From Ministeria vibrans ATCC 50519 (taxonomy: Eukaryota; Protista; Filasterea), in assembly GCA_943704425.1 (NCBI GenBank), contig CALSCP010002820.1:1-42127 (forward strand): a stretch of DNA of 42,127 nucleotides. Direction: 5' to 3'. Of the stretch, positions 13,001 through 27,019 are shown in pieces. The first letter of the stretch is position 1. The number at the start of each line of letters is the position of its first letter. The notes beneath the pieces are model-generated. The model was not told where the DNA came from and did not search any database. It saw nothing but the letters and a program-made list of their open reading frames with translations. Both the position numbers and the translations under genes were made by a program.

Positions 13001-15201
13001 CCCCTTCTTGACTTTGCAGTCGAGTACTACTCAGGCGATGCCGAGAGTGTCCTTGAACATGCCTGTGATGTGTTTATGCGGCTTTGCTTTGCCCCAGTAC
13101 AGCTCATTTACACATCGCGCTTTGTCTACGAGCTTGTCAACTATTTCAACCGCTTCCTTGACATGAAACTTTTGGTGACCTACATGCAACAGGGTGAGGA
13201 GATTGCGACAACGACCACAACGACAACAGCAACACCAACCGATCCTGCTGAGGATGGGGGCGAGAATGAATTTGAATGGCCGTGGCGCACCAAGTTTTCC
13301 ATTGAAATGTCTTCGCCTACAATAGTGATGCCACGCAACTCGGACCGCCTTGACTGTCTCATTCTGCGCCCACAGTTGCTTACAGTCACCAACAGTGCGG
13401 TGGTGGTGGCGGGTCCGCGACCTAACGAAGGACACCGAGACATTGTGGTTGATCGCATTGTGGTGGGACTCGACGAGCTCACGGTGGACACCGGTCTGGT
13501 TGTGATTGCCGATGCGCAAGCAACGCCTGTGCTACGACCGACCAAGAATATGGTGCCCCACCACGACTCGACAGTGATCATTGATCGCAATCTCAGCGGC
13601 GGTGTGTGGGCCGCCGACTACGTGGTTAATTGGCAACTGGCAACCATGCGTGTTGCCTGGGACGAGCTCACGTACGATCTCTTCTTCGGCGTGCTCAGCG
13701 AGAACCTTCCAAGTGAACCTGAAGTTGTCATTGAAGGCTCAGCGTCTGACATGCCGCAGCACCTCTTTGATCCGTTGGCGCGTGCCGTTGATCCGCTGCG
13801 TCCCGCCGACCTTGTGTATCCCATTATGGACATCAAGCTCAACTTTGACTCGCTCTTTCTCATTCTGTCGGCTCCGGTGCAGTCTGGCGGCGACGGGAGC
13901 GGTGACGAGCAACGCAATACGAGCAGCAGTCCTGCCGAGAGCATTATTTTTCAGGTGGACGGTGAGACTGTGGATTGTGCTACTCCCTTGACGCCTGGCG
14001 CGTTTCGCGAGCCTGCGCGCGTATTCTTGGCACGCATGGTCATTGACAAGGCGGTTGTGTCGTACGAGTCCCTGAGTTCAGGTCACTATACCATTGATTT
14101 GACGTCGCAGACCATGACAGCAAGTGACCTGCGGCCCGTGCGACGCTCTGTTTTTGACGATGTTGTTCAGCCAAGGTGCTCTGCCCCGCAGACCGACGAA
14201 CCAGCCCGGACGGCTCTTTCAAAGTATGCGGCGCAGTTTCAGGTGAACTATCGAGTGAGTGCGACCGGTGCGGTCGTGTGCAGTGTGGTGGTGGACAACA
14301 TTCGCATTGTCTTCATTTACGACTGGATGCTCGCCGTCTGGTCCTTTCTATTTCCCGCCACTCCGCCCACCCCGTCACCCGAGTGCTTTTTCAGCACTGG
14401 AACTGAATGCCATGGAGATACTGCCACCCCTCTCGACTCGACTATCGCTGGTGTGTCGACTGCGCCTACACTCGTCCCCATGAAACTCAGCGTGAGCATC
14501 ACCCAACCGGAGATTCGTGTGGTAGAGAACGTGTCGCGTCTTGACTCAGATGCGCTTGTGATTCGGTGCTGTGCGCTTGTGCGCTACGGATTTGATCCCA
14601 GTGGTGGGGAACTCGAGTCGTGGGACTTTATGCTTCAGGGACTTGAAATGTTTGCATTGATGCACTCGCCTTTGCCATCGACCGTGACTTCCGAGCTGGC
14701 CGTGCTCGATCCGGTCACCATTGCGTTTCGTTGGCGACGCAAGATTCGCGAACCGCGTGAGTTTGTAGCACGCGACGAGTATGCGCGCACGACTACCATG
14801 GAGGTGCGCATCGACGAAGCCAACATGCGTTTGTCCTTTTTCGACCTCAAACTCTGTCTGGCTATTGTGCGTTCGCTTCCCGAACTCTTTGGCGACGTTG
14901 ACGCTGCCATGGCACCCGCGTCGGCCGACAATGGCGACGGCGATGCTGGCGACGAAAGCGGACACGGCGGCGACGAAGATGGCATTCTAGCTGATGCGGA
15001 CGCTCGGAGCGATGTCAAGGGAAAACGTGCACGACGCCGTCCCGGCTCGTTCACCGACACGACTGGAGAAGTGCTCGAGGCACCGCCCGTCGTTGGCTTT
15101 GTGTCGCCCACTGCCCAACGTCGTCCTGCGGCCCGCGCTCCCTCTGTGGTGTCGGCTACGTCGTCGACGGGCTCGCCGCGCAAGCAAGGCGGCGGCAGTA
15201 G

Positions 15202-15238
<37 letters not shown>

Positions 15239-18200
15239 GGTGGTGGCGGTGGCTCGAGTGTGGTGTCAAGTGCACGGGTAATGGTGGACACGGACGTGGA
15301 CGCGAACACACCTCGCCGACTGCAGAACAACACCATGTCGGCGTTGCGTCGCCTGGGCTACAGCGAGCGATGGTGTGCCGAGGCGGTGCGTGTCACTCAG
15401 GGTGTGCTTGAGGAGAGCGCAACGTGGCTCATGGAGAATGCACTGACGGAACGTGAGGAACGACAAAAGTTGGCTGAGGAGCAGCGTGAGTTTGCATTCA
15501 TTCCGGGTCTTCAAAAGCTTCGCGTGTTCCTTGTGACCATCCGCATGACTATTATTGACGACAGTCGTGGTGTGGATGTGCCTTTGGCGCGTGTGTCGTT
15601 TCAACGCTCGCCAGGTCCGCGGGGCGATGATCCCAACTTTGAAATGAGCGACTGGAGCACCTCTTCCGTCACGGGCTTTCTGAGTGTGTCCGCCTCGGCC
15701 GAGTTTTACAATGCGAGCATGTCGGCGTGGGAGCCGGTGGTTGAGTCGTGGCCCTATCGCATGTTGTACACACGTCATTGCGACGATCTGGCTGTGCAGC
15801 CGCAGACCATGCTGAACATCACGGCGGAGAAGATGCTCAATGTGAATCTCTCCGAGGCATTTCTCATGAACATGCACTCGACGCTTCAGGCATGGTCCGA
15901 ACTGGAGAGTGCATCGTCATCGTCGTCCACGGCATCGTCAACAAACAGTGGTGCGACGGGGGCTGCTCCCACGGTACGCAAGCGCGTGCCGTTTGTACCC
16001 TTTGTGTTGCTCAATCGAGTTGGAGTGCCTCTTGAGTTTGCGGTGGTGCGCTCGTCGAGTATGGGGAGTGCGGCGATGGCGTTTGTTGCGGACGATGCAG
16101 CTATGCTTGGACTGGACGAGCTCAACGAGCGACACACGTCCGACACGTGTTTTGCACCGGGTGGCACGGCCGAGACGCTGGGATGGGTGGCGGTGGACGA
16201 CGGTGCGGAGGTGCCGTTTCAGTACGAGTCGCCTGTCAAGTACCGCGCGCGTCTGAACAGTGCGGGTCCGCAGGGTGCGCCGACGGGCAAGATTACGCTG
16301 CGACTGCGTGGCTTTTTGGCCACCAAGGAAATCAATGTGGAGCGAGTGGGACGCTATGTGATTAGTGTGCGCGAGGACCATGGTGGTTCGCTGTTCCGCA
16401 ACGCCGAGCACCGCATAGCCGTGGAGGTTCGCCTGCGTCACAGTCGCAAGGTGGTCGAGGTGCGCAGTACGGTGGTGGTGGAAAACCGTATGACGGTGCC
16501 GGTACAGCTGCGACTTGTGACGAGTGTACCGTCATCCGATCGGTCGGGTCTTATGGTTGGCGTGGAGCATGTGGTGGGTGATGCGCTGGAGACGGGCGCC
16601 TCCTATCCGTTGCCGCTCCCCTTGGTCGATGCCAACATCCAGATGCGTCCCATGGGCTTTGGGCTTGACTGGAGCAATCATGCGTTTTCGTGGCGACGCT
16701 ACAGCGACTCGTCCTCGCCTGTGAATGCGATTCAGCTGACGTGCACCAGTGCGGCCATGGGAGACGATGCATACCTGACACGGTGCAACGTTGAAGTGAT
16801 ACGTCACGACAAGCTGGTGCGTGGACGACGAGTGCTTTCGTCGTCAATGGGCACTTCCTTTGAGAGTGGTGTTGAGTCGTCGCCGTCGTCGACAGTCCGA
16901 GCTGCATCTATGTCAGGCATCATTTCGCCCCCAAATCCTCGTCGTGCGACTGATGCAGGCTCCCGTCGCTCTGGTGGTGGCTCATCGTCGGCGCGACCGG
17001 GCCACACGTTTATTATGCGTGCCCCATTGACCTTGGTCAATTTACTGCCGTGCGATTTGCATTACACTATTGAGGGGACCCCTATGCGCGGTCTTATTCC
17101 GCACGGCAAGTCGTTTCCGCTGTACGAGGTGGACCTGGAGAAGACCGTGACGATGCGGGCAGGCATTGACGGCTACTCGGGCAGCAAGTTGACGGTGATC
17201 CACGCGACGGGTAAGGCTCGTGTGGATGCCCAGCTGCACATGGTGGACCGAGAAGGGCGCATTCTGGCGCTGCGTATCGCGAACAAACTGGCGTGTCTGG
17301 GCGGCTCGCGGGAAGTGAGCATTTACGCGCCCTACTGGTTTATCAACCGCACGGGTCTGCCCATCGTGTATCGGGCGGAGACGAGTCGCAAGGGCACGTC
17401 GCTGTCGGCGGGGCAGTACGAAGAGCACTCGCTGGGGCAGTTTAGTGCGCCGTTTATGTTTGCCTTTGAGAAGGACAGCGACGACAACAAGTGCCGTCTG
17501 CGAGTGGGAGAGCAGTCGTACTGGTCGCCTGCGTTTGGTCTGGACAATGTGGGACGGTCGGGTGAGCTTGCGGTGCGCGAGTCGCGTGGCGAGGACCGAC
17601 CGGAGAAGGTGTACGAAATTGGGGTGAAAGTGCGTGTGGGCACGGGACGCTTTTACCGCACCAAGATTATTGGTCTCTTGCCACGCTTTGTGCTCTTCAA
17701 CACAACTCGCTTTGTCATTGAATTCAATCAGCGACATCTTGCCAAGAATACACTTGAGAGGGTTCCCAAGCGTAGCGGCAGCAGAATGACACGCAGTGCG
17801 TCGACTAGCAGCAGTGTATCGCGTCACAGCACCGCAGATGATCTAATAGAGGCACCACAGCGATTACCGCCGGGTGCACGTACACCGTATCATTGGCCGC
17901 GCGCGGATCTTGACAAGCTGCTCTGTGTGCGCATCTGCGGCACTCAAGCGGCGGCAACGTCGACATCGTCGACGGTGGACGCAGCATCATCGTCGTCGGT
18001 GTCATCGTCGTTTGACGGCACGTCGGGCATGCTGCTGCGAAGTGGTGGTGGTGGTGGTGGTGGCAGCGGCTATCTGGACGACGACCTACACGACAATGTT
18101 GACGACAACGACGACGAGTCGTTCAATCTGGACATGCCTGTGTATGCGTGGAGCAATGGGTTTGCAGTCGATGGTGTGGGTGGTTTCCATGTGAAGCTGC

Positions 18201-21200
18201 GTGGCTATCGACGCGGCCAGCCTGTACAGTACCATTTGCACGTGGAGATACGGATGCGCAAGGCGGCTTTTTGCGTCGTGTTTCGCGAGCAGGACTCACT
18301 GCCACCCTTCTGCCTGAGCAACTACTCGTCGGTGCCGCTGTGCTACCAGCAGAAGGGAGTCAATGTTGTGGAGACACTGCCGGCACACTCGACGACCACG
18401 TACACTTGGGACGAGCCCACGGGGGAACGTGTTCTTCGCGTGTTTGTCAGTGGCACGGACCCGCACACGTCTGCACGCGACTACGAACTGCAGCGCATCT
18501 ATGACGCGCCGCGCTTGCGCTATCGTCTCTTCTTTTTTCTTTTTGCCGACTCGATCAATGTGCTCACGGTGGATCCGGTAACGTTGAACCAGCGTGCCGT
18601 AACGCTACAGCCGCGCGTGCATATGGAGGAGGGGGGTGGCGGCAGCAGTAGCAGTGGTGGTGGCGATTGGTCTTCGTCGTGGACAAGCGTGCGAGATCTT
18701 GATTTACAGCTGTGGACAATGTCGAGTGAGGGAGTGCTGGAGAACAAGGCGACCGGTCTTGTGTTGGACGTGTCCGGGGGTCAGGTGATGCCCAATGCGC
18801 GACTGGTCGTGCGCACGCGTGCCTCCGACAAGCGGTCGGCGACCGGTCAACGCTGGCGGTTCATTCCGGCAGGACACATGGTGCTGCGCACACGTTTGGA
18901 CTTGTGCGTGGAGGCGCGTGATGGCGAAGTGCGATTGGCGCGGATTGTACCTGAAGGGAGTGGCGGTGGTGAAGGACGAGTGAGGACGACGCAGAAGCTG
19001 CGGATGCACAAGTTGCGACCAGGCTCGGGGATGTTGTCGTGTTCGGTTGTGGCGCAGGGACCGACGCGAGTGCTGATTGTCGAGGATTGCTACTCGACGC
19101 ACCATCTGCGTGGAGCGGAAGCGCAACAGCAACGACAGCTACAACACGCGAGTAGCATGGACGATGGAGGAGCGACGCTGCAGCGACGAATGCGCGAGGA
19201 GGAGGAGCTGGAGGTGACGCTGCTTAATGTGAAGGTGCGACTGGGTGACGGAGTGGGGCTGTCGTTGCTGGGCGGCTCGTCGACCGAGCTGGTGTTTTTG
19301 AGTTTTGCCGATGTAGAGGTGACGCTGACACACACGTCGCTGTACGAGACCTTTGTGATGAGCATTGCACGAGTACAGATGGACAATCAGATGCAACAGC
19401 GACCGCCCTTTCCGGTGCTTCTGTGCGCCACGTCAGCGGTAACGACCACGGCTACATCAGCCAAGGCGGCGCGCAAACGAGACTCGGCAGCGGCGGCCGC
19501 GGCAGCCGGGTCATCCGACTCGGCAGGCGCGTCTACATCGAGCGCATCTTTGTCGTCGTCGCGAGACGACGCGCCCCCATTTCTGTATGTGACGGTGGTG
19601 AAGAGCACGGAGAGCACAACGGACACGTATGTGTATCCCATGTTCAATGTGCTCATGCAGGAAGTGAATGTGGCGCTGGACGAGCGACTGGCTATGCGAC
19701 TGGTGCAGTATGGGCAGCGGTGCATTGGCGTGGCGGGCGCTGAAGGGGGGGAGGATGGGGACGAGCGGAGCACGCGTGCGAACCAGGAGAGTGAAATGGG
19801 GGTGCGCGCGGCGACGCATGATTTGGTGGTGGTGAATGAGCGAGAGCGACGACTCTACTTTGAGTTTTTCCTTGTGCAGCCCATGATTATCAATGTGTCG
19901 CTGGTGAGTCTGACGGACCTGCCTGCGGACCTGGACGCGATTCGCAATGCGATGGGCATTCCATTCGTGACGCTGAGTCGTCTGACGGTGAAGCTGAATG
20001 CGCTACTGCTGGAGCACCCGTTTGGCACGGCGGACACGTTGTACACCCTGGTGCGACGGCACTACAAGCAAGAGGTGCTGCGGCAGGCGTACAAGGTCAT
20101 TGGTGCAGCGGACTTTCTGGGCAATCCGGTGGGCGTGTTCAAGAACATTAGTACGGGCTTCAAGGACTTTTTTTACGAGCCGGCGCAGGGCATTACCAAG
20201 TCACCGCGAGACTTTGTTGAGGGACTGCGGACAGGAACGAGTTCGCTGTTTAAGAATCTGGCGCACGGACTGGCAGACGGGGCGTCGAAGCTGACGGGGA
20301 CCATTTCGACGGGACTGAATGCGCTGGCGATGGATAAGGAGTTTTCGCGGGAGCGGGAGCGGCAGAAGGTACATGCAATGGCGACGGGTGGGGACCGGGT
20401 GGCCGGGGGCGTAGCAGGGTTAGGGCGGGGGTTGCTGGGTGGGGTGACGGGGCTCGTGATGAAGCCGGTGGAGGGCGCACAGCAGTCGGGTGTGTCGGGC
20501 TTTGTCAAGGGCATTGGTCGGGGCTTTATGGGTGCACTGGTGAAGCCCGTGGCGGGCATTTTTGATCTTGCGAGTGAGACGACTGCGGCGATTCGTGACA
20601 GCAGTGGGCTGACGGCACAGGCGACGCGCGTGCGTCTGCCGCGACACATTGGTGTGGACCGGGTGCTGCGGCCGTTTGTGAGGCGGAGTGCGCTGGGACG
20701 GGACTGGCTGTTACGGGCCAACGGCATGGATGACAGTGAATGTTTTGTGTACCTGACGAGCACCGATCAGGGGGCCATTCTCCTTGTGTCGTCCCTGCGC
20801 CTCATTGTCTTTGCGCTCGATCCGGGCGGGAAGGTCGTCCCGCGCATTGCCCGCGCCATCAACTTTGAGGATCTCATCAAGTTTGAGTTGTGTGATGCGA
20901 CCATTGTGTTTGTTGCGGTGGGTGGTGGAGCCGCCTTCACCAAAGAAAAAGAGGGTAAGTAAATTAGTAATGAGAGAGTGAGTGTAGTGTGCAAAATGAA
21001 TGAGGTTTGATTGACTCGTAGCAAAACGGAGCACAATGCGCTTGGTGGCGGGTCGAGGGACGTCGTCGGGCAGTGGTGCCATTGTAACTGCGGGTGGTAG
21101 AGGCAGCAATAGCAGTAGCAGTGGGGGGAATGGGAGTGAGTCTACCAAACTGCCCTTTCAGTTCGCGGATGCGGACAGTGCTGCTGCGGCCTTTGTCAAG

Positions 21201-21242
21201 CTCGCTGCTGCCTTTGCCTTTTACCGCGAGATGCAGCAGTGA
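7040..21242 (+). CDS. VPS13D: VPS13D bridge-like lipid transfer protein (about 4,690 aa); exons 7040-7240, 7313-20954, 21022-21242
   Basis: Chorein-N start MFEGLVADLVNRLLGEFV and KIIDNLQVTIRNVHMRYED. Acidic-TPPxTP motif near 9644-9690. UBA domain LRRLGYSERWCAEAVRVTQGVLEESATWLMEN (about 15335-15443). VAB/SHR-BD repeats (APYWFINRTGLP). Ricin-B QLW...QRW segment (about 18706-18950). C-terminal GAADFLGNPVG and ATG2_C-like Gly-rich helices. UBA plus ricin-B is characteristic of the D subfamily. Confidence 0.93.
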
Positions 21243-21327
21243 GGGAGCAAGGGAGGGTGTACACAAGAACAAAATATATTTATATTTATATATATATATA
21301 TAAATGTGGGTTTACTTTTTGAGAAGT

Positions 21328-22319
21328 TTACAAGGAGAGGGATTGCGAGCGGACTTGGTTAACATAGCACGCGACAGAGGTGCCTGCGCCCGCTGCAAGC
21401 ACTGCTGCGCTTGGAGTGTGAGCGCAGACGGCGTAGAGGGACGGAAGGCCCGTGGGGAATTCGCCGTGGGGCCCGCCGTCGAAGCAGCGGTGGCGGTGGA
21501 CGTTGCCATGGGCGGCAATGGAGAGGACGTCTTCGCCGAGAAACACGCACTTGCGCACGGATTCCGTGGTGGACGCGACTAGGGTCCCTGAGCCCACGTG
21601 TGCAATGCGGATGCCATCGGGCCCACCGCCAGCAAGCCATCGTTCGGAGAAGGCACACGAGACGAGAGGCCGGGTGTTGGCAATGACGGGTTGTGCAGCG
21701 AGCGCGACGGACGAGGGTTCTTTCAGGTCCCACACGCGCAGCGTGCCGTCTTCGCACGCAGCCGCAACCCGATCGCCGCTTGTGTCAACACAGTGTACAA
21801 TGGAGGGCATGACGAAGGAGGCGGTCGTCTGACCGGTGTGAGGGTCGAAGACAGACACAGTGCGACTGTGCGCCACAACAATGGACGAGCCGACAAAGGC
21901 AAGCGACGAACTGGCGTCCTCTGCCACCTGTACGGGTGCAACCGTGTCCGGTGTGGCGGTTGGTAAGATGTGCACGCCGTCGCTTCCGGCCACAGCGACG
22001 TGCGAGGCGTCCAGGAAGCGCACGGCGAAGACTGTTGAGCTTTGCAGCGAACGACCGCCGCGCAGAGTGGTGCCCTGAGGCTGCCCTGCGCCAAGCTGCC
22101 ATGTCACCACCGTGCCGAAGGAGCCGACCGCGCAGCATTGGCTGCCGTCGGGTGCAACCGACAGGTCGTGGACGATCTGATGATCGCGCAAGAGATTGTC
22201 CAAAATGGATTGCTGAAAGCCCAAGAGTAAGTCAGAGGGGGAAAGGGGGTGGGGTGGGGGGGTGTTACTCTGTATGCTTCTGTGTCGTAGTCATCGATGG
22301 AGGTTGCTGTTGGAGGCAT
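21328..22319 (-). CDS. THOC6: WD40 protein, THO complex subunit 6-like; exons 22319-22269, 22212-21328
   Basis: WD repeats (AAACEDGTLRVWDLK). The spliced N-terminus DYDTEAYR|QSILD and the C-terminus SLYAV...VLAAGAGTSVACYVNQVRSQSLSL resemble THOC6 ends. Confidence 0.75.
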
Positions 22320-22503
22320 GACAGAAAGAAATAAACTAGTTGAAAATTTATCGGACACTGAGACTATAATACAATGCTTCCGGCCGCCAAATCTGCCGTA
22401 GAGGCATAGACTAACCCCTTTACGTAATAAATTACTTTCTTTTATGTAGAATTACTTTCAAGTGTATATAGATGGGGAAAATGTTTAACATGAGTTGTAC
22501 AAG

Positions 22504-25500
22504 CTACAGGTCCAATTGCGATGGATCGTTGTGCGCAGATTTGAGAGAGAGGGCATCGGCCTCGGCTTTGGCCAGGCGCTCCTTAAGAGCACCCATTTCG
22601 TCCTTGAGACGCTCGACAATCATCTGGTAGTCACTGGCGACTTCTTCACGGGTGTCGACAAGCTCACGCTCTAGATTGGCATTGCGCACGCGCAGTGCAG
22701 CATTCTCACGCAGAAGACGAGACACAGTGTCGGTGACGCCCCGCTTGTCGCGGCGTGCATGGCCATCCTCGGCATCCTTCAACACCAGATACTACACACA
22801 ATGTATTGTGTCACTAATTAATTCTATGTCTGTGGGTGCGTACCTCCTCTGCATACGAATCCAGTCTGTGCTCACTGAGCAACTCGGACGCATTGAGGCT
22901 CTGGTTGACAAGCATGAGCAGCAGCTCAATCTCCGAGTCCACCAAAGTCGTCTTGAGCACCTGAATGGCACTCTCAAAGTGCTTGCACTCGTGCAGTTCC
23001 CGCTCAGCGTGTTTCATCAGCGCAATCACACACCGGAACACCACAATCATTCCTATTCCCACACAGTGAGTGTCGTTTTTATCAATTTGTTTCTTTCTCC
23101 AAAACTATGTGTTTCTCTGACTCTCTCTATTTATTACTTTGTTTCTATGTGTTTCTCTGACTCTCTCTATTACTTTGTTTCTTTCCCCTCTCTCACTTTT
23201 TAATTGCTATAACTATGCTTCTTTCTCCTCCCTCTATAATACTTTGTTTCTTTCTCCTCTCTCTCTATCACTTTGTTTCTTTCTTTCTCTTTCTCTTTCT
23301 GTCTCTATTTGTTCTCTCCATTTCTCTCTCTGTGTGTGCTGTACCTTGAGAAAGAACTCCGTCAAAAACACGCAAAACAAAGGGAAAGGGGAATTGTGAG
23401 CTAAACAGCGTCAGGAACCAACTTCCCGCGTACAAAAATGGAGCAACTCCTACACGCACGAGCACGTTATCAGTCCTGTCTTCCTGTCTTCCTCTCGGTC
23501 CCTCTTTGTCGCTCACCCCCACCTCTTTCTCTCTTTCTCTCTGTCACTTTGTGTTTTTCTCCCTCCTTTCAAACTCTCACTTTGTTTCTTTCTCCCTCCT
23601 TTCTCTCTCTCTCAGTTTTAGTGTACCAAGTGACTCAAGATGGTGGTGGAGTTCGGGAAGAAGGTCATAGAGGAGACGAGAAAACTGGTAGAGACGCACT
23701 TGAAGTGCCTCCATGTCAGGCATGTCTAAAAAAAATAGGGGGGGGGGGGGGGGGGCTCAATTAATGTCAACCGCGTTTGGTGTGCACAGTAATAGTACAG
23801 AGATCTCTTGTGCCGACTGAGCAGAGAAGATAGACAAAGACCTCAAAGGCATCGTGTTCGCTGAGGTGCATCAGGAGGAGACCGCCGACAAAGCTGAGGC
23901 CCTGGCAGTAGCCCATGGCCGGGTCGTACAGCGAGTAGGCGCGCATGAGCCGGAACAAAGCCCCCTGGCCTGCGCTGTCGGGACCCCCCTGAAACATCGG
24001 TAGGGACGGAAAAGTGCGCCCGATGTCTTGGCGGATTTGCCGGTCAAAAGAGCTCGTCTGGTCCACAAGAGAGTCGTACAGCGCATGTATGGTGGCGCTC
24101 TTGGGCGAGACGTCGTTGGGAAGAGGTGGTGAGGTGACGGGGGGTGCAGGAGCAACAAAGACGCGACGGCGAGCGAGCACACGCCAGACACGGCCACGCA
24201 TGCCGGGCGGAATTCCTTCTGCAATGAGAGAGCACAGGCGCTCGGGAGACACGTCGGTGTTGCTCGGGGTGGAAAGGGACGCTAGATGGATGTGCTCGGA
24301 CATGACACGGCGGTGGAAGGTGCGCCGACGGTAGCGCGCCGAGGATACGGGTGTAAGCGACGAGGGGCTGCGTGGTGTGGTGGGTCGCGAGCGGTCTTCG
24401 TCGTCCGTGGCAACGCCATCGTGCGAGTCCTTGCGCACAGGTGTAGACGGTACTGAAGAGAGTGCTAGATGAGCTCGCCCCCAGTCGGATCCGCGTCGTG
24501 CCAAGAGCGACGGTGTGCAGGGTGTTGCTGGTGCTGCTGTTGTGTCCACAGTGTGTTCCGACGTGGAAGCAGTGGTCTCGGTGATCTTGGTGGTGGCGCT
24601 GCTGTGTGACGAGAGACATCCGAGGCTCTTCTGCAGTGCCTCAGTAAACAAGTGTGGCGCATGCCCGTCACCACAAGCACTCAAAATGGGCTCCCAGAGT
24701 TCGGTGAGTCGCTGGAGCTCCACAGCTGAGCGGTACTCTCGTTCATTTTCAATGGCATTGCTCAGCGACCGTCGTGTGGTTGGGAATAGATTGTCCTCGG
24801 TGAGACTCTGGCGGCGGATCATGTGAACACGGGTCGCCAGTGGTACCTTTAAAAAACCAGTGTCAGAAGGAAAAGGGTGAATGTGTGAGAGGGCGCGTAT
24901 ACTGCGTGAGAGACTTGACTGCCCTGTGCGGCGGGTGCCGAGTCGTCCATGGCGGGGGGAATGAAGACATTCTGGGCATCGACGGGCGGAGTGCTGTTGT
25001 GGGTGTCATCGTGGGAGGGTACGCCGGGGATTTGAACGGAGAGAAAAATGGCTTGTCGCGAGGACGATGAGGTGGGTGAATCGGCAGTTGGAGAGTCGGC
25101 GCGGAGAGACAGTGCGCTAATGTCGTGTGAAGCGTCAGCTGCAACTGTATCTGTATCAAGGTCGCTTGTCTCTATTGAGCTGCTGGCGGCGGTGGCGCTG
25201 GCAGCGGTGGAATCGCTGCGTTGTTTGCTGCTGACAAGACTGTGGAGTGATTTGCGGAGCTGCTGAAAGGATTCGCTGAGAAAGCGGGTGTTGAGACGAG
25301 GTAGGTCGGTTGCGACGACCGCAGCAACAGCGGCGGCTGAGGTTGTCTCGGCCGCACCACTCTCTTCTCCTTCTTGCGCCTCCTGTTCCACAATTTGTTG
25401 CTGCTGTTGTTGATTGGCGACCCCTGGTGGTGATTCTGCGGTGCGCAGACCGAATGAGTAACGAAGGGCCGCTGAGAAGCGACGAGACGCAGAGGGGCGC

Positions 25501-26906
25501 GTTGTATTTGTAGTCGACGTAGAGTTGCTTGTTGTGGCTCTCATGGTGGTGGGAAGAGTGCGTCGCAGAGCGCTGACAATGAGTGCAACAATGTCTACGG
25601 GGGTAAACGCATCGGCCAGCATAGCACCCTCTTCGCGAACCCACTCGGCAATGGCAATCTCAACTGCATCGGCGTCTGTTGGCGACAGTGACGCCACGAG
25701 TTGGCGCACAACGTGGATCATGTCGGTGAAGGACGGTGTGCGATTGAGAGCGTCAAAGAGCTCGACGGACATTGCCTCAATCTCATCCTCGGTCATGGTC
25801 ATGGCGGTGCTGAGCGCGGCGGCGGTGGCTGCCATGGCCGACGACTCGGACAGTGACCGACGTCGTCTTCCTGCCGCTGTGCGACGAGGTGATCCTTGTT
25901 GTTGTTGTTGGCAGTGGTGTGAGGAGTCTGGCTCGACCAAAACAAAGTCATCAGAGAGAGAGAGCGATGACTCCTGACGAAGGCGTTGAGGCGATGCAAT
26001 AATGCTAACGTCGCCTTCGTCCTCGTGCTTCTCAGCTTGTGTCTTCAGGTAGACGGCTTCAAACAGTGCCGCGAGGTGGGTGCCCACTTGGTGCGTTGTA
26101 GCATCCAGCGGTTTAAAGACATGCGCTCGATAGATGGGAGAACGGTTTGTGACTGGTGGTAGAGGGCATATTGGTTAGTTTGGGGTTGGTGTGCTCTTGG
26201 TGGCGTTGGTATATACCGGATCTGGTGACGTAGACGAGACTGACAAAGGAGCTGTCGGAGGGGCGTACGCACGAGTGGACACGATAGACGTCGAAATCGC
26301 ACAGCGTTGCCTTGTCTGACGGCGATAACAGACGGATGCGACTCGTCGAGAGCGCCATGAGTGCTTGTGGAGCCTCGTTGCCCAGTGATGCAGGGATGCG
26401 CCTCATGACCGAGAGGGTTGCGGAGCGAATCGATTGTGCGTCGGCGCTGTCGCAATCAAGGGTGTACTCGCCAAGGTAGCCCATGAGAAAGACGTGCCGC
26501 TTCTTCCTATGGCGACTCTGTACACCGTCGGCAGTGAGAAGAGGGTGGTGTGCGACTTTTATGTGTACCTGTGCCGGCTGGTCGCCCCCAAGGTCGGGCG
26601 TTGAGGCGACAGTGTGTCGTTTTGGTTGAGGTCTGCAAATTTTCAAAAGCGGTTTGTTTTGAGTGAATAGAGGCCGGTGAACTGGACTTGTGTGGTTTGG
26701 AGCATACGAGAGAGTGGGTGAGGCTGTCGCTGAGCGTGCGCGGTCGACGGTTTCAAGAGGAACTTCCGTACTTGCGTGCGAAGACGCAATGGTAAACGCC
26801 CTTGGACGAGAGTGCCTGGGGAAGGGGCGGCGTGTGAGTTTGAGTGGGCCTTGTGTGGCGTGTTGTCCGCGCGTGTGTGGTTTTGGCGGGGTTCTTACTC
26901 GTCCAT
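22504..26906 (-). CDS. TBC1D1: PTB + TBC-domain Rab GTPase-activating protein, TBC1D1/TBC1D4 (AS160)-like; about 10 exons
   Basis: PTB features: VFLMGYLG...IRLLS...[15 protein letters not shown] recalls the TBC1D1/4 WRQxIFLRV motif. TBC motifs [36 protein letters not shown] and [17 protein letters not shown]-terminal coiled coil. The start is inferred as ATG GAC GA|intron|G CAC (MDEHSRPR). Confidence 0.85.
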
Positions 26907-27019
26907 GATCAAGACAGACACGAAAAGAAGACTGAAGATTTGATTCACAATTATCAATCACAAACCGAACAGCGACAACACACCCAGCTCAGATCCACTT
27001 TCAGATCGAACACACGACC

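Noticed and set aside
23738-23755. Poly(G) run and G-rich tracts at 6750-6783 and 22237-22262 as functional G-quadruplexes
   Set aside because: They are C-rich intronic pyrimidine tracts on the sense strand, with no further support.
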